64,000 nucleotides of DNA, taken from assembly GCA_964016885.1 (NCBI GenBank), contig OZ024743.1, positions 260,648,001 through 260,712,000 on the forward strand, in the 5' to 3' direction. The stretch's first letter is position 1, and every line of letters starts with the position of its first letter. The position numbers and the translations under genes are program-made. Positions 1-11,670 of this stretch are shown one piece after another. The notes beneath the pieces are model-generated. The model searched no databases. It saw only the letters and a program-made list of their open reading frames with translations, and was not told where the DNA came from. The DNA comes from Eledone cirrhosa. Taxonomy: Eukaryota.

Positions 1-3000
1 AACCTAAACAGAGGCAAGAACAAATATACACACAAACATCTGAAATCACAGACACCGCACTCACAACAAACACAGACACAACCGAAACAACACCACCAAA
101 ACCATCACCACCACAGCCACGCAAACAAATAAAATCACACCAACAAAACATACAAAACTTTGTGCTCGCCAGGAGGGCAAACAAGGAACTGATGGCCCTC
201 GTAGCACGAAGTGAAAATATACAAAAAGAGGGGGAAACTTTTAAATCGAGCACATTTCGCGTGCCGGAAGATTTGGTTCTGGTGCGAATGTCGCTCGACA
301 TATTCAAAGAAATACGAGACAGCTTTCCTCGGGACGTGGGACCCCAAACGTAAAACCCACTTCAAGACTTTTAAAGGGGTTCCCAAAAGAAACCCCATCA
401 ACTATGGAGGTCGAACAACCCGACCTTCACAAGAGCCCGGAAGGTAAGTAAACCTTTCCTCTCTCTCTTTTTAACCTGCCAACATGGCCGTATTAAGAGT
501 AGGATGTTTAAATATTCGAGGCCTGGGATCGTCCTGGAAGCAGGGTCACCTGCTCAACGACCTCAGGTCTCTAGAAATGGATGTAATTGCCGTCAGCGAG
601 ACCAGGATTTCCGACACGCGCGCACTAGCCCCCATTTTCGACGACTATCAGATCATTGCATCTGTTAGCCGGCCGAGAATGGGAGGCGGGGTGGCAGTGC
701 TGTTTAGAAAAGGCCTGGATCTCGAGGTAAGGTCGATCTTCCGGGACCCGGACGTGAACAATAACGAAGGTGGTGCCTTTAGACTGGTGGCCGTCTATGC
801 TCCTACTGGGGCAGGACAGCCGGACTTCTTTAAACGCCTGAAAGCCTTTCTGGGCACGTCTCGCCCTTTACTGTTAGCGGGGGGGGGCTGGAACGGATCT
901 TAGACGCACGCTGGGACCTGTGGGAGTATCCGATAGGAGCAGGGGGTGCAAAAGCCTCAAGAACCTGATCAGCCAGTTCTAACTCTCTGACGGGTACCGA
1001 CTAGATTTCCCTAATGCGCCAGTGTGGACCTGGGCTAACCGCATAGGGTCATCTAGATCGTATATAGACAGGATATTCATTATGTAAATAGACAGAAATA
1101 GTGTAAGCTGTCCACGTTTTAAAACGGTCGCCTATTCAGATCACAAGTTTGTGATCTGTATGGTCGACCTAGATAAGACGCGTAGGTTAGGACCTGGTTA
1201 CTGGAGCTAAACATGTCATTTCCGGCACGTAAGGCTCACAAGGACCAGGTCAACAATTTAGTTAAGAAAAGGTTGACAGGGGGAGTCGTCAACAATAGAT
1301 GGGGGGGGGTCTCAAAAGAGAGATGAGAGTAATGTCGATAGAGTTTAGCAAAGAAGTAGCGTTAGAGAAAAATAGAAAGGAGGGAGAGTTGTAGATAAGT
1401 TAGACGAGGCTATTGGTAATGGCATTGCAACTGACGTGCTAACGGCGAGAATGGCATTAGACCATTTCTTCAATGCGAAACACGAAGGTTGCATTGTCAG
1501 AGCTAAGGCGCGTGCTCTGAGAAACAAGGGAACCAAAGCTCTTTGACGGACCGAGACAGACACGAGCTGAGCGATTCCAAGCAGATGTGTGAGGCCTTTT
1601 GCCAACACTTTGATCGGTTGTTCGCGGGAAGTGGCGGGTCAGAGATGGTGGCGGACTTCAGTCCCTACCTCGATGGCTTGCCGCAACTCTCGACGGCTGA
1701 CGCTGGGCGCTGCGAAAGGCCGATTACTTCAGCCGAGATTCAGGATGCCCTTGTCGGCTGCATGAGGCGCAAGTCACCCGGTTTGGATGGTCTGCCCTAC
1801 GAGCTTTATGTAAATATGCCAGACTTGTTCTCCAATCTGCTCGAAGCCTTCTACTGCAACTGGCAGCAAAACGGGAGTATTCCCAGTTCTGTGAGCCGGG
1901 GCGTAGTGACGCTGATAAGGAAAGACGAGAACAAGAGGGACACATTAGACAATTTCAGGCCCATAACTCTGCTCAACACAGAGTTTAAGATTTTAGCCAG
2001 GGTGTTAGCGAAGAGGTTGGCGCTTGTCGTCGGGGATTTGGTTGGGGAGGCGCAAACTTGCGCAATCCCAACCAGGTCCATACACGACAACCTCCACCTA
2101 ATGAGATACATCATAGAGAGGGTAGGGTGTAAACCTGGCGTCGGTGGGGCTCTGATCAATTTAGATCAATCGAAAGCATTCTATAGGGTCGACCATCGGT
2201 ACCTGAGGCTGTCCTCAAGGCGGCTGGCTTCGGCCCCATCTTCAGAAGCTGGATCGCTGCAATGCACAGCGACACCTGCTCGATGGTCAAAATTAATGGC
2301 CACCTCTCGGAACCGTTTCAGGTCTCCCGATCGCTCCGTCAAGGGTGCCCTCTCCTCCCTTCTGTACGTATTGATTCTCGAGCCTTTACTGCAGAAGCTG
2401 GAACTGTTGCAGGGCATCCCGCTCGAACCGGGACGCGGAAAGGTTGTGTCGGCTTATGCGGACGACATCACCGTGATGGTGTCGGACACCTCACAAATCG
2501 AGGTGGTCGGCAACTTATTGGAGGAATATGAAAGGTTGACGGGAGCAAAATTTAACCCGGAAAAGTCGGTGGGCTTGCAACTCGGCACCTGGAGAGGCAA
2601 GTCCATGCCGTCCAACAGCGTCGTTAGGCGCTGGACGGACGGACCAGTAAAGTTGCTAGGGGTTTGGTTCGGGCCAGACCTCCAGGTGGATAAGAATTGG
2701 GACGAGGTGACGGACAGGGTAGCCAGTCTCACCCAGAAATGGGCTGGGATGAAGCTATCACTAAAAGGTCGGGCGGAGGTGGCGAACGTGTACATCGCGT
2801 CCGTCATCTACTACCGTCTGACCGTCGTCCCTTGCCCCCGTTCGCGCCTCGCCATCTTGGAGCGGCTACTCTTCAAATTCTTGTGGAGGGGTCAGGTTCC
2901 GCTGGTGAGGCGGTCCATCTGCTGCCAGCACCCTCTACGTGGAGGGCTGGGCATGCCGTGGCTAATGATGCGCAGGCACGCGCTGAGGCTGCGGCATCTC

Positions 3001-4062
3001 CAGATATTCTGCGTAAACGGTGAACAGGTGTGGTCGCCGTTTGTCAGACGGGCCTTTCCGCGGCTCGTTTCTTTGACTGAGCTGCAGTCCTGGGTCAAGA
3101 AGAGACCGAGACTGAGTGACTGGCATCTGGAGTGTTGCCAGGCACTCACTGCCTTCTACCAGGCGGGCAATACGGTCAGTGGAACTTCCACTCTCGAGTT
3201 CTATAGAGGATTAGTGGTGGGCAAGTGCGACGACGCACTCGGAGCGGCTCTGGGAGTCAACGAAGTCGAACTAACCAGTCTGTTCCGGAGGACTTTCGAG
3301 CCGGGGACGATGGATAATTTCCCAAAATCCCTCGCTTGGCAGTGCTACCGGGCGGCACTGCCGGTTCGAGATAAACTCTACAGGCACGGAAGTGCTGTCA
3401 GACGGACCTGCCCGAGATGCGCGCAGAGCGCCGAAACCATTCTGCACGAACTCGTCCAGTGTCCGTGCATTACTGACTTGTGGAGTTATGTTGAGCAGCT
3501 GTTGTCGCGTGTAGAACGGATCCGGCTATCGGCCGAGTCCATAGTGAAGATCGACCCGCCGCCTTCTTTTGGCCAGGAAGGGCAGGTAATTTTCCTGTCT
3601 GGTGGCAGTAGCGAAAAAGGTTGTATGGTGGACGGGGTTGAAAGGACTGAAGACAGACACTTTTCTCTATGGCAAATCCCTCATGATCTTTTTCAAGTTT
3701 CACTTGGAAAGGAAGGTGAGGGTGGAGAGAGAAGTGCTGCCCCCCAGTACATTTGCTGAAAGGTGGGTGAATGTGGCGAGAATGGCCCGTGTGAGTGGGC
3801 CTACTCAGGTCATGAAGCTGTAGGTGGGTAAATTTGAGGAGAGAGGTGCCCTTCCAGGGTGCTCTCGAAGCGTCGGGTCGTTCAGGATTGGTGGGGGTAC
3901 CTGAGCGAACTCTGGGTGGTCATCCCCCCTATTGGGGAATTTTTTCTTGTTATAATTTTAGTGTTACTTTGTTATTGTTTACTCGATTTTTCTGTAAAAC
4001 CCCAATGTCCCAGTCTTTTGTATTGTCCCCTATATGTCGGCCCTTGTGGCCAATAAATGAAA

Positions 4063-4094
<32 letters not shown>
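1..4094 (+). mobile_element. L1/Tx1-clade LINE, family A, decayed copy (5' end outside window)
   Basis: End of ORF1 (1-447), then APE-RT-zinc finger ORF2 broken by stops, frameshifts and deletions (484-3823), 3' UTR with AATAAA and an (ATT)n tail ending at about 4094. Homologous to the intact ORF2 at 6449-9868 and closely related to 41290-46329. Confidence 0.92.
484..3823 (+). pseudogene. Disrupted LINE ORF2 (APE endonuclease, reverse transcriptase, C-terminal Cys/His finger)
   Basis: GCLNIRGL and VIAVSETR (APE); KSPGLDGLP, FRPITLLN, LDQSKAF, AYADDIT (RT); CPRC...ETILH...C. Split across several frames. Confidence 0.92.
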
Positions 4095-4307
4095 GAATGC
4101 CATGGTTGACGGAGGCTCGGCTCTGTAAGGTATAGTAGTTTTTAACCGTTAAAACAATTGTAAATTGTTTAAAACTTGAACCAAATTGTTGATAAAGACA
4201 CCCTCCTCCTCGTGAGAGGGGTCTTTCTGTCCGTTATTTGGCCCTTCGGGGTTAAATAACCAGTTATTGGGGTTTTGTACCCAAAATTTCATTTTAAACA
4301 AAAAAAC

Positions 4308-6369
4308 ATGGCTACGAAAAAGAAATTTCATACGTCACTCCCACTCATTCCGTCTTCTTCTTCCTCAATCATCACTACAGCAGAGAGAAGATTGTCTCTC
4401 TCCCTCCCTTCTTTAAATGTGTCTCTCTCCCTCCCTTCTCTTTCGCAAGCGACGAAAGAAAAGAAAAGTCTCGTGCAAAGCGTGCAAGGTTTCTCCACGA
4501 CGACGACGACAGCGACGAAACAGGTGTGCGGGAAATACGAAAACCCAGTTCATTCGTCTGACGTCAGGAATAATAGCAGTAGCAGCCGTAATAACAACAG
4601 CAACAGTGACAATGAAAACAACAGTAGCAGCCGCAACAGCATCACCAGCAGCATAAACAACAACAGCATTAGCAGCAGCAACACCAACAACAACCACAGC
4701 AACAGCGGCGGAGGCAGTAGTCGTAGTACCTGCAGCAACAACAAAAGTACCAGCAGCTCTGACGGCAACAACAACAGCAGAGAAAAACCAATCTCATTTG
4801 CAGGTATTGCGAAAAACTTGGAAACAATCCTCATAACAAATGAGGAATTAGAGGAAGCGAAGAAGATGGTGACAAAGAACGGACACCGAGCAATCTGCAA
4901 GGCAGCGGAAAAATTTTTCGAAACCCAAGAGCACTGTACAGTCACGTACCGTACAGTAAGTACAAAATCCCGTAGGGTGGAAAGAGCCACAGAGGCCCAA
5001 ATACAAAAAGCCTTGGGGTCTGTGTGGCAGCGGAAAACGCACATCACCCGAGGCAAAAAATATGCCACCGTAGACGTACTTTTTGCCACACCCCAGGAGG
5101 CAAAGGCCCAATCAGTAGTGACCCTAAGGAGCGAGGAAATGGTGTTGGTGCCCTCCTACTGCGGGCAAAAAATTGTGAGGGTCAAACTGACCCACGTCCC
5201 CCCCCCCCCCCCCCGGAATGACCCCTTCTTGGCTGGCCGCGTCTGTCCTCGTCGGAATCGAGGACAAAACAACTGTACTGCAAGTACAGAAAAAAGTAAG
5301 AGAAGATTGGGTCGGCTCCTCCATTGAGATGCTAATCCAAACCAACCAGGAGTGCATCGAAGCTATCCCGGATGTGATAGACTTCGATAACGGCACTCAA
5401 CTGCCCATAAGTGTTGAGGGCAAACGCCCGAAATGCTTTCGCTGTGGATCGAAAACTCACCTCAGGGCCTTCTGCAACGAGAAGACCCTGAGAAAGGAGA
5501 AAACCCCCCTCCTTCCGAATCCGGCTCCACGGCTACCAGCAACAGGACAAGCGGCAACCAGGAACGATAGGTCCGTGGCACCCATACCCACTCCACGGAA
5601 ATCAAAAACAGCAGCAGCAGTGGAAATATTAACAACAACAACAGCAATACCAAATGCAGCTGCAACAGAGACTCCAGTGCAAACATCACCAACAACAACA
5701 AGTGAAAGAGTGGAGCTGGTACCCCTCCCCGACCTCACAGAATCAGACATGGAGTGTGAGGTGGGAGAGGGATGGCAAAAGGTCGCAAGAAGGCACAAAC
5801 GCAGAAGCAGCGCATCGTCGCCTTTGAAAAGGGAGGAAAGAAATGAGAAAAGGGTAAAGTCTACTGCAAAGAGACCCACAGCAGCAACACCACCAACACC
5901 ATCACCACCCACACCAGCACCACCATCACCACCGGCGACAACCCCACCGCCAACAACACCTTCAACACCACCACCACAAGCACCAACATCGCAAACACAA
6001 CAACAAAACACACACACCCAGCAACAACGACAAGAAAATAGCAGAACCACACCCCACCCCCAGAAAAACAAATGCACGGCAATAAACACACACAACAAGA
6101 AACTAATGACTTACATAATTGAACACACAGACATTTCACAACAGGACTACATAATACCAGCACCAATCAAAACGCCAACTAACATAAGACTGCTAAAAAT
6201 AGCACAGAAACAATACACAAACATTAAAACGAAATTCCCCAACGCAGTTGGTGATTTCAGGGACCTAGGAGGAACCATCAATCGAAGAGTATATTCAGAC
6301 ATTCTCTTAGAAGAGCCGACGACCAGCCGAAGGGACGATTCAACGTCCCTTCACCAGACGATCAAGTGA
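4308..6369 (+). CDS. LINE ORF1 (gag-like, CCHC zinc knuckle), frameshifted at a C17 run
   Basis: ATG at 4308 in AACATGG context; Ser/Asn-rich N-terminus; CFRCGSKTHLRAFC knuckle; Pro/Thr-rich C-terminus. The frame changes at the homopolymer 5198-5214. Confidence 0.85.
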
Positions 6370-6448
6370 AAAGGGATGTAAAAACCATCCCTCCTCTACC
6401 AAAAGTACGGTAAGTGGTCTTTCCCATCTTTTCCACTCTATTTTAAAC

Positions 6449-9400
6449 ATGACCTCACTCAGAATAGGCAGCATAAATGCGCGTGGCTTGGGGTCGTCAT
6501 GGAAGCAGGGTCACCTGCTCAACGACCTCAGGTCACTAAACATAGATGTAGTGGCCATCAGCGAGACCAGAATCTCCGAAGCACGGGCCTTCGCACCGAT
6601 CTTCGGCGGCTACGATGTGTACGCATCTCCCAGCCGTCCTGGATCCGGTGGAGGAGTTGCTGTACTTTTTCGGAGAGGTTTGGATCTCGCCATACGGGCC
6701 ATCTTCCTGGACCCAGAGGGTAAGCTGGTGGTGCTGGACGTGACCAGCGGAGACGGGCAAGCTTTCAGGCTAGTGGCCGTCTATGCCCCGACAGGAGCAG
6801 GGCGGCCTGATTTCTTCCGGCGTCTGGAGACCTTTCTTGGAACGTCCCGCTCTTTAGTGTTAGTGGGCGACTGGAACGGGATCTTAGATGCACGCTGGGA
6901 CTGTGTGGGATTAGCGGATAGGGGTGGAGGGTGCAAGAGCCTCACCAACCTGCTCAGGCGTTTTGAACTGTCTGACAGGTACCGATTGGATTTCCCGAAT
7001 GTGCCAATGTGGACTTGGACAAACCGCATAGGGTCATCCAGATCATATCTAGATAGAGTATTTTGTAGGGAAATAGATAGGTCTAGCATAGGCTGTCCAC
7101 AATTCAAGATAGTCAGCTACACGGACCACAAATTCGTGATCTGTGTGCTTGACTTAGATAGGCTTCATAGACGAGGACCCGACTACTGGAAGCTAAACGC
7201 GTCCTTACCAGCGCGCAAGGCCTACAGAGACCGGATTAGCGAACTAGTTAAGCGGGCGTTGATGGGGGCCATCGTCAACAACAAGTGGTGGTTTGCTCTG
7301 AAAAGAGCGATTAGAATAGAATCGATTAGATTTAGTAAGGCTTTAGCAATAGAGAAAAATAGAGCAGAGGGAGAACTAGTTAGAAAATTAGACGAGGCGC
7401 TTAGCAAAGGCATTGCGACCGACGTGCTTGCGGCGAAATTGGCCCTTGACCAATTCTTCAATGCAAAGCACGAAGGCTGCATTGTCAGAGCAAGGGTGCG
7501 TGCTCTCAGACACGAGGGGACGAAAGCCGTTCAATGGGCCCGAGTGGCGGAGGCGCGTCGTGGCAACAAAGCCACGATCCGGTCTTTGGTGGACCACGAC
7601 GGGCGCATGCTACTCGATCCCGGGCAAATGTGTGAAGCTTTTCAGCGACACTTCGCTCAGCTGTTCGGGGGCAGCGGTGGGCCGGGTAGAGGGATGGACT
7701 TTAGTGTCTACCTCGACGGACTGCCGCGGCTCTCGGCCACTGAGGCGAAGTGTTGCGAAAAGCCGATAACAGCCGCTGAAGTAAGGGAGGCAATGACTGG
7801 CTGCACAAGGGGTAAATCGCCTGGTTTGGATGGTCTGCCCTATGAACTTTACGTACAGATGCCAGACTTGTTCGGAGGCCTCTTGGCGGACGTCTACTGC
7901 AACTGGCAACAGAACGGGAGAATTCCCAGTTCTGTGAGCCGAGGAGCGGTGGCACTGCTGAGAAAGGATCCGAACAAGGGGGATAACATAGAAAATTTCC
8001 GGCCCATAACTCTGCTAAACACAGAGTTTAAGATTTTGGCCAAGGTGCTAGCAAAGAGGTTGGCGCTTGTCGTTGGTGGTCTGGTGGGAGAGGCGCAGAC
8101 ATGCGCCATTCCCGACAGATCCATCCACGACAACCTCCACCTCATGCGATACATCGTAAAGAGGGTAGCTAGGGAACCTGGCACGGGTGGGTCCTTGATC
8201 AATTTAGATCAGTCGAAAGCTTTCGATAGGGTCGACCATCGTTACCTAGCGGCAGTCCTGAGGGCGGCTGGCTTTGGGCCCGTCTTCAGAGGCTGGATCG
8301 CTGCCATGCACAGCGACATCTGCTCTGTGGTGAGAGTGAACGGTCACCTGTCGGAACCGTTCAACATCATGCGCTCGGTCCGCCAAGGATGTCCCCTCTC
8401 GTCCCTCTTGTACGTATTGACTCTCGAGCCATTACTGCACAAACTGGAGACGTTGAGGGGGGTCCCGCGCGAACTAGGATGCGGAAGATCCGTATCAGCA
8501 TATGCGGACGATGTCACCGTAGTGGTGTCGAACGCCAAACACATCGAGGCGATCGGCACTACACTAAGAGAATACGAAGCGGTGACAGGAGCAATGATCA
8601 ACCAGGAAAAGTCAGTGGGCCTGCAGCTCGGCACCTGGAGAGGCAGGTCCATGCCGTCCAACAGCGTCGTCGGACGCTGGACGGACGGACCGGTTAAATT
8701 GCTAGGGGTCTGGTTCGGTCCGGACCTCCAGACGGACAAAAACTGGGACGAGGTGACGAGCAGGGTGGCTTCTCTCACCCAGAAATGGGCCGAGAGGAAG
8801 CTATCCCTGAAAGGTCGAGCGGAGGTGGCTAACGCGTACATCGCGTCCGTCATCTGCTACCGCCTGACCGTCGTACCTTGTCCTAAGCCTCGCCTGACTG
8901 TGCTGGAGCGTTTGCTCTTTCGCTTTTTGTGGAAGGGACGCGCTCCGATGGTCAGGCGGTCCATCTGTTGTCAACACCCGCTACGTGGAGGGCTGGGCAT
9001 GCCGTGGCTGATGATGCGCAGGCACGCGCTCAGGCTACGACATCTCCACCTCTTCCTCGACGGTGATCAGGTGTGGTCGCCGTTTGCTAGACGCGTGTTT
9101 CCCCAGCTCGTTTCCTTGACGGAGCTGCAGTCCTGGGTCAAGCGAAGACCGAGAGGGAGCGCCTGGAGACTGGAATGTCTTCAGGCGCTCACAGCCCTCG
9201 ACCAATCGGGCAATGTCATCGGTGGAAACTCCACCTCGGCGTTCTATAGAGGATTAGTGGAGGGGAAGAGCGACGACGTACTTGGGGAAACTCTAGGCGT
9301 CGACGAAAATCAACTAGCCAATCTCTTCGGAAGAACTTTCGGGCCAGGGCCTATGGACAACTTCCAGAAATCTCTGGCCTGGCAGTGCTACCGAGGAGCC

Positions 9401-9868
9401 TTGCCAGTTCGGGATAAACTCTACAGGCATGGAGGTGCCGTCAGCCGGGCATGTCCGAGATGCGCGCAGGGCGACGAAACCGTCCTGCACGCACTCGTCC
9501 AGTGTCCGAAAATTGCTGACTTGTGGGTTTATGTCGAACACCTGCTGTCGCGTTTAGGACGGATCCGGCTATCATCTGAGTCCATCGTGAGGATTGCCCC
9601 GCCCTCCTCCTTTAGCCGGGAAGGGCAGGCAGTTTTTATCTGCCTGGTGGCCATGGCGAAAGAGATAGTATGGTGGACACGTTTGAAAGGGCTGAAGACG
9701 AGCACTTACCTCTTCGGTGATGCTCTGATTGACTTTTTCAAATTTCATTTGAAAAGGAAAATCAGAGTAGAGAGGGAAGTGCTCTCTTCCCAGCATTTTG
9801 TTGAAAGATGGGTGAGAGAAGCAAGAATGGCCCGAGTGAATGGGCCTACTCTGAGCATATATCTGTAA
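6449..9868 (+). CDS. LINE ORF2: APE endonuclease, reverse transcriptase, zinc finger (1139 aa, intact)
   Basis: SINARGL, ISETR, VGDWN, SYLDR, YTDH; KSPGLDGLP, FRPITLLNTEFKILAK, LDQSKAFDRVDH, VRQGCPLS, AYADDVT; GGLGMP; CPRC...ETVLHALVQC. Confidence 0.97.
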   Translation: MTSLRIGSINARGLGSSWKQGHLLNDLRSLNIDVVAISETRISEARAFAPIFGGYDVYASPSRPGSGGGVAVLFRRGLDLAIRAIFLDPEGKLVVLDVTSGDGQAFRLVAVYAPTGAGRPDFFRRLETFLGTSRSLVLVGDWNGILDARWDCVGLADRGGGCKSLTNLLRRFELSDRYRLDFPNVPMWTWTNRIGSSRSYLDRVFCREIDRSSIGCPQFKIVSYTDHKFVICVLDLDRLHRRGPDYWKLNASLPARKAYRDRISELVKRALMGAIVNNKWWFALKRAIRIESIRFSKALAIEKNRAEGELVRKLDEALSKGIATDVLAAKLALDQFFNAKHEGCIVRARVRALRHEGTKAVQWARVAEARRGNKATIRSLVDHDGRMLLDPGQMCEAFQRHFAQLFGGSGGPGRGMDFSVYLDGLPRLSATEAKCCEKPITAAEVREAMTGCTRGKSPGLDGLPYELYVQMPDLFGGLLADVYCNWQQNGRIPSSVSRGAVALLRKDPNKGDNIENFRPITLLNTEFKILAKVLAKRLALVVGGLVGEAQTCAIPDRSIHDNLHLMRYIVKRVAREPGTGGSLINLDQSKAFDRVDHRYLAAVLRAAGFGPVFRGWIAAMHSDICSVVRVNGHLSEPFNIMRSVRQGCPLSSLLYVLTLEPLLHKLETLRGVPRELGCGRSVSAYADDVTVVVSNAKHIEAIGTTLREYEAVTGAMINQEKSVGLQLGTWRGRSMPSNSVVGRWTDGPVKLLGVWFGPDLQTDKNWDEVTSRVASLTQKWAERKLSLKGRAEVANAYIASVICYRLTVVPCPKPRLTVLERLLFRFLWKGRAPMVRRSICCQHPLRGGLGMPWLMMRRHALRLRHLHLFLDGDQVWSPFARRVFPQLVSLTELQSWVKRRPRGSAWRLECLQALTALDQSGNVIGGNSTSAFYRGLVEGKSDDVLGETLGVDENQLANLFGRTFGPGPMDNFQKSLAWQCYRGALPVRDKLYRHGGAVSRACPRCAQGDETVLHALVQCPKIADLWVYVEHLLSRLGRIRLSSESIVRIAPPSSFSREGQAVFICLVAMAKEIVWWTRLKGLKTSTYLFGDALIDFFKFHLKRKIRVEREVLSSQHFVERWVREARMARVNGPTLSIYL

Positions 9869-10115
9869 ATTAAAGGTGGAAAACTGGGAGAGGGCACTTG
9901 CCTTGGTGGTCAGGGTCATTGTGGCTTTTTACTGGGCTTTCTCCACAAATGTCCCTCCGAAGTCTCCCCCCTATTGGGGAATTTTTCATTGTTATTTTTG
10001 TTACATCCTCTGTTTTTGTTTTTTACACGCAGAAATGCCCATTTGTACCGTCCTGCATTGTCCTGCACTGTCCTTAATGTCTACTTTATGTAAACCCTTG
10101 TGGTTAATAAAGAAA

Positions 10116-10158
<43 letters not shown>

Positions 10159-10350
10159 GTGGATTGGCAGTATCGGTAGAGGGTCGGACGCTATACTTCG
10201 ACGCATAGAGTTACGGCCCTTGCCATTCTGAGTTCAAATACCGCCGAGGTTAACTTTGCCTTGCATCCTTACGGGGTCGATAAAATAAAGTACTAGTAAT
10301 GCACTGGGTATTTTCTGGCCTTGTGCCAAGTGTAGAAACAATTATTATTA
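10159..10350 (+). mobile_element. tRNA-derived SINE with (ATT)n tail
   Basis: A-box-like TGGCAGTATCGG, B-box-like GAGTTCAAATACC, body CCGAGGTTAACTTTGCC...GGGGTCGATAAAATAAAGTAC. Near-identical copies at 46347-46551 and 33131-33250. Confidence 0.85.
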
Positions 10351-10384
10351 GTAGTAGTAGTGGTAGTAGTAGTAGTAGTATCAA

Positions 10385-10530
10385 TTTTTAAGTTTTGTAC
10401 AAGACCAGAAATGTGTGGGGGGTGGGGGGAAAGTCGATTATATCGACCCCAGTGTTTCTCTGTATCGACCTCTGAATGATGAAAGGAAAAGTTGGCCTCG
10501 GCAATATTTGAACTCAGAGTGTAAAGGGCA
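10385..10530 (-). mobile_element. Older related SINE fragment
   Basis: Reverse complement contains CTGAGTTCAAATATTGCCGAGGCCAACTTTTCCTTTCATC and CACTGGGGTCGAT, similar to the SINE body. Confidence 0.65.
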
Positions 10531-10669
10531 GAACAAATATCGATTCTCTCGATTCTCTACCCTAGACTGCTACTTTTATCTTATCAGACCCCTGAAAAGA
10601 TTTAAAATATCATGAAGTTGCCTCCGACTGTGTTTGATCTCAGCACTTAGAGATACGGAATATTCTGTC

Positions 10670-11200
10670 CTACGCTTTACATACCTCGAGGCCGTTTTCA
10701 CGTGTGATAGAAGGCAAGAGACTGAATTAAATCCAGGATTTGCTGTAGCTGGTGCAATAATGTGCCAGTTTCAGCATTCGGTCATCAAAAGAAGGAAGGT
10801 AGCTGTGAAATTAAAATGCACTATCTTCAATTCGATGTTCATACGCACCCTTACTTGTATTCATTAATCTTGGGTAATGACCGAAAGAATACAATCGTGA
10901 ATACAATCTGCCGAAATGGGGTTCCTCCGGAAGGATCTTTGGAGTAACGTTATTCGATAGCGTGTGTAGCTTAACGATCAGAGTCACTCCTGGTAGATCC
11001 ATACTAATGACATGTGGTTAGGATCGTTACGGAAAGAATCGTGGAACAAATTTTACGGGCAAATCCAGCCGGCAGGAAGCTTTGAAGTAAACCAAGTGTA
11101 AGATGGTTGGTATCATTTGGAGACCCATCCGGATTGTTTGTAGAAGGTTGCTCGCAATAAGACCGTTTGGAATGCGTATTTGAGGTTTCTGTTTATACGA
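10670..11200 (+). pseudogene. RTE-clade LINE 3' fragment, decayed
   Basis: Across stops it reads ...IKRRKVAVKLKCTIFNSMFIRTLTC..SWVMTERIQS.IQSAEMGFLR...HVVR...QILRANPAGR, typical of the RTE post-RT region. Confidence 0.7.
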
Positions 11201-11489
11201 CCTCTCTTTCATAAATAAGTGAGTGAAGCAGAAGTTTTAATGATGCTATCAATTCACCGGCTAGGACACGTAAATTGTGCCTATTTAATAATAGCGTACG
11301 ATGAAACATTAGCTTGTTTTGATCATTTATATTGCTCAAATATCCCGAGTTTATGGTAGACCAAGATGTTGCTCAGAGAGATCGAATCTTAAATTAGATA
11401 ATAAACGCCTTAAGTATATATCTATCTTTGCACCCATATTGAGTTTGAAGTTCTACACTTGGCATATTAAATTAGAAAATCACAGCTAA

Positions 11490-11670
11490 CTGGATTGGCA
11501 GAATCGTTAAAGAGTCGTACAAATTTCCTTTCGGAAATAGTTCTACTTATGTTGAAGTTAACTTTGCATTTCAGCTTTCTGGAGTTCAATAAAAGAAGTA
11601 CCAGTACTGGGGGTAGGATAATTCACAGATACCTACTCGCAACAAATTTCGGGGTCTTGTGTCTCTTAAT
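11490..11670 (+). mobile_element. Degenerate SINE copy
   Basis: TGGATTGGCAGAATCGTTA...TTAACTTTGCATTTCA...AAGTACCAGTACTGGG resembles the 10159 SINE. Confidence 0.55.

Larger units (their letters stand above)
4095..10158 (+). mobile_element. L1/Tx1-clade LINE, family B, near-intact full-length copy
   Basis: Starts right after the tail of copy A. ORF1 has a single frameshift, ORF2 is intact, and the 3' UTR ends AATAAAGAAATC(ATT)n. Confidence 0.95.

Noticed and set aside
5457-6098. Antisense and alternative-frame ORFs over the LINEs and PLEs
   Set aside because: Shadows of GC-rich or low-complexity TE coding sequence with no independent motifs.
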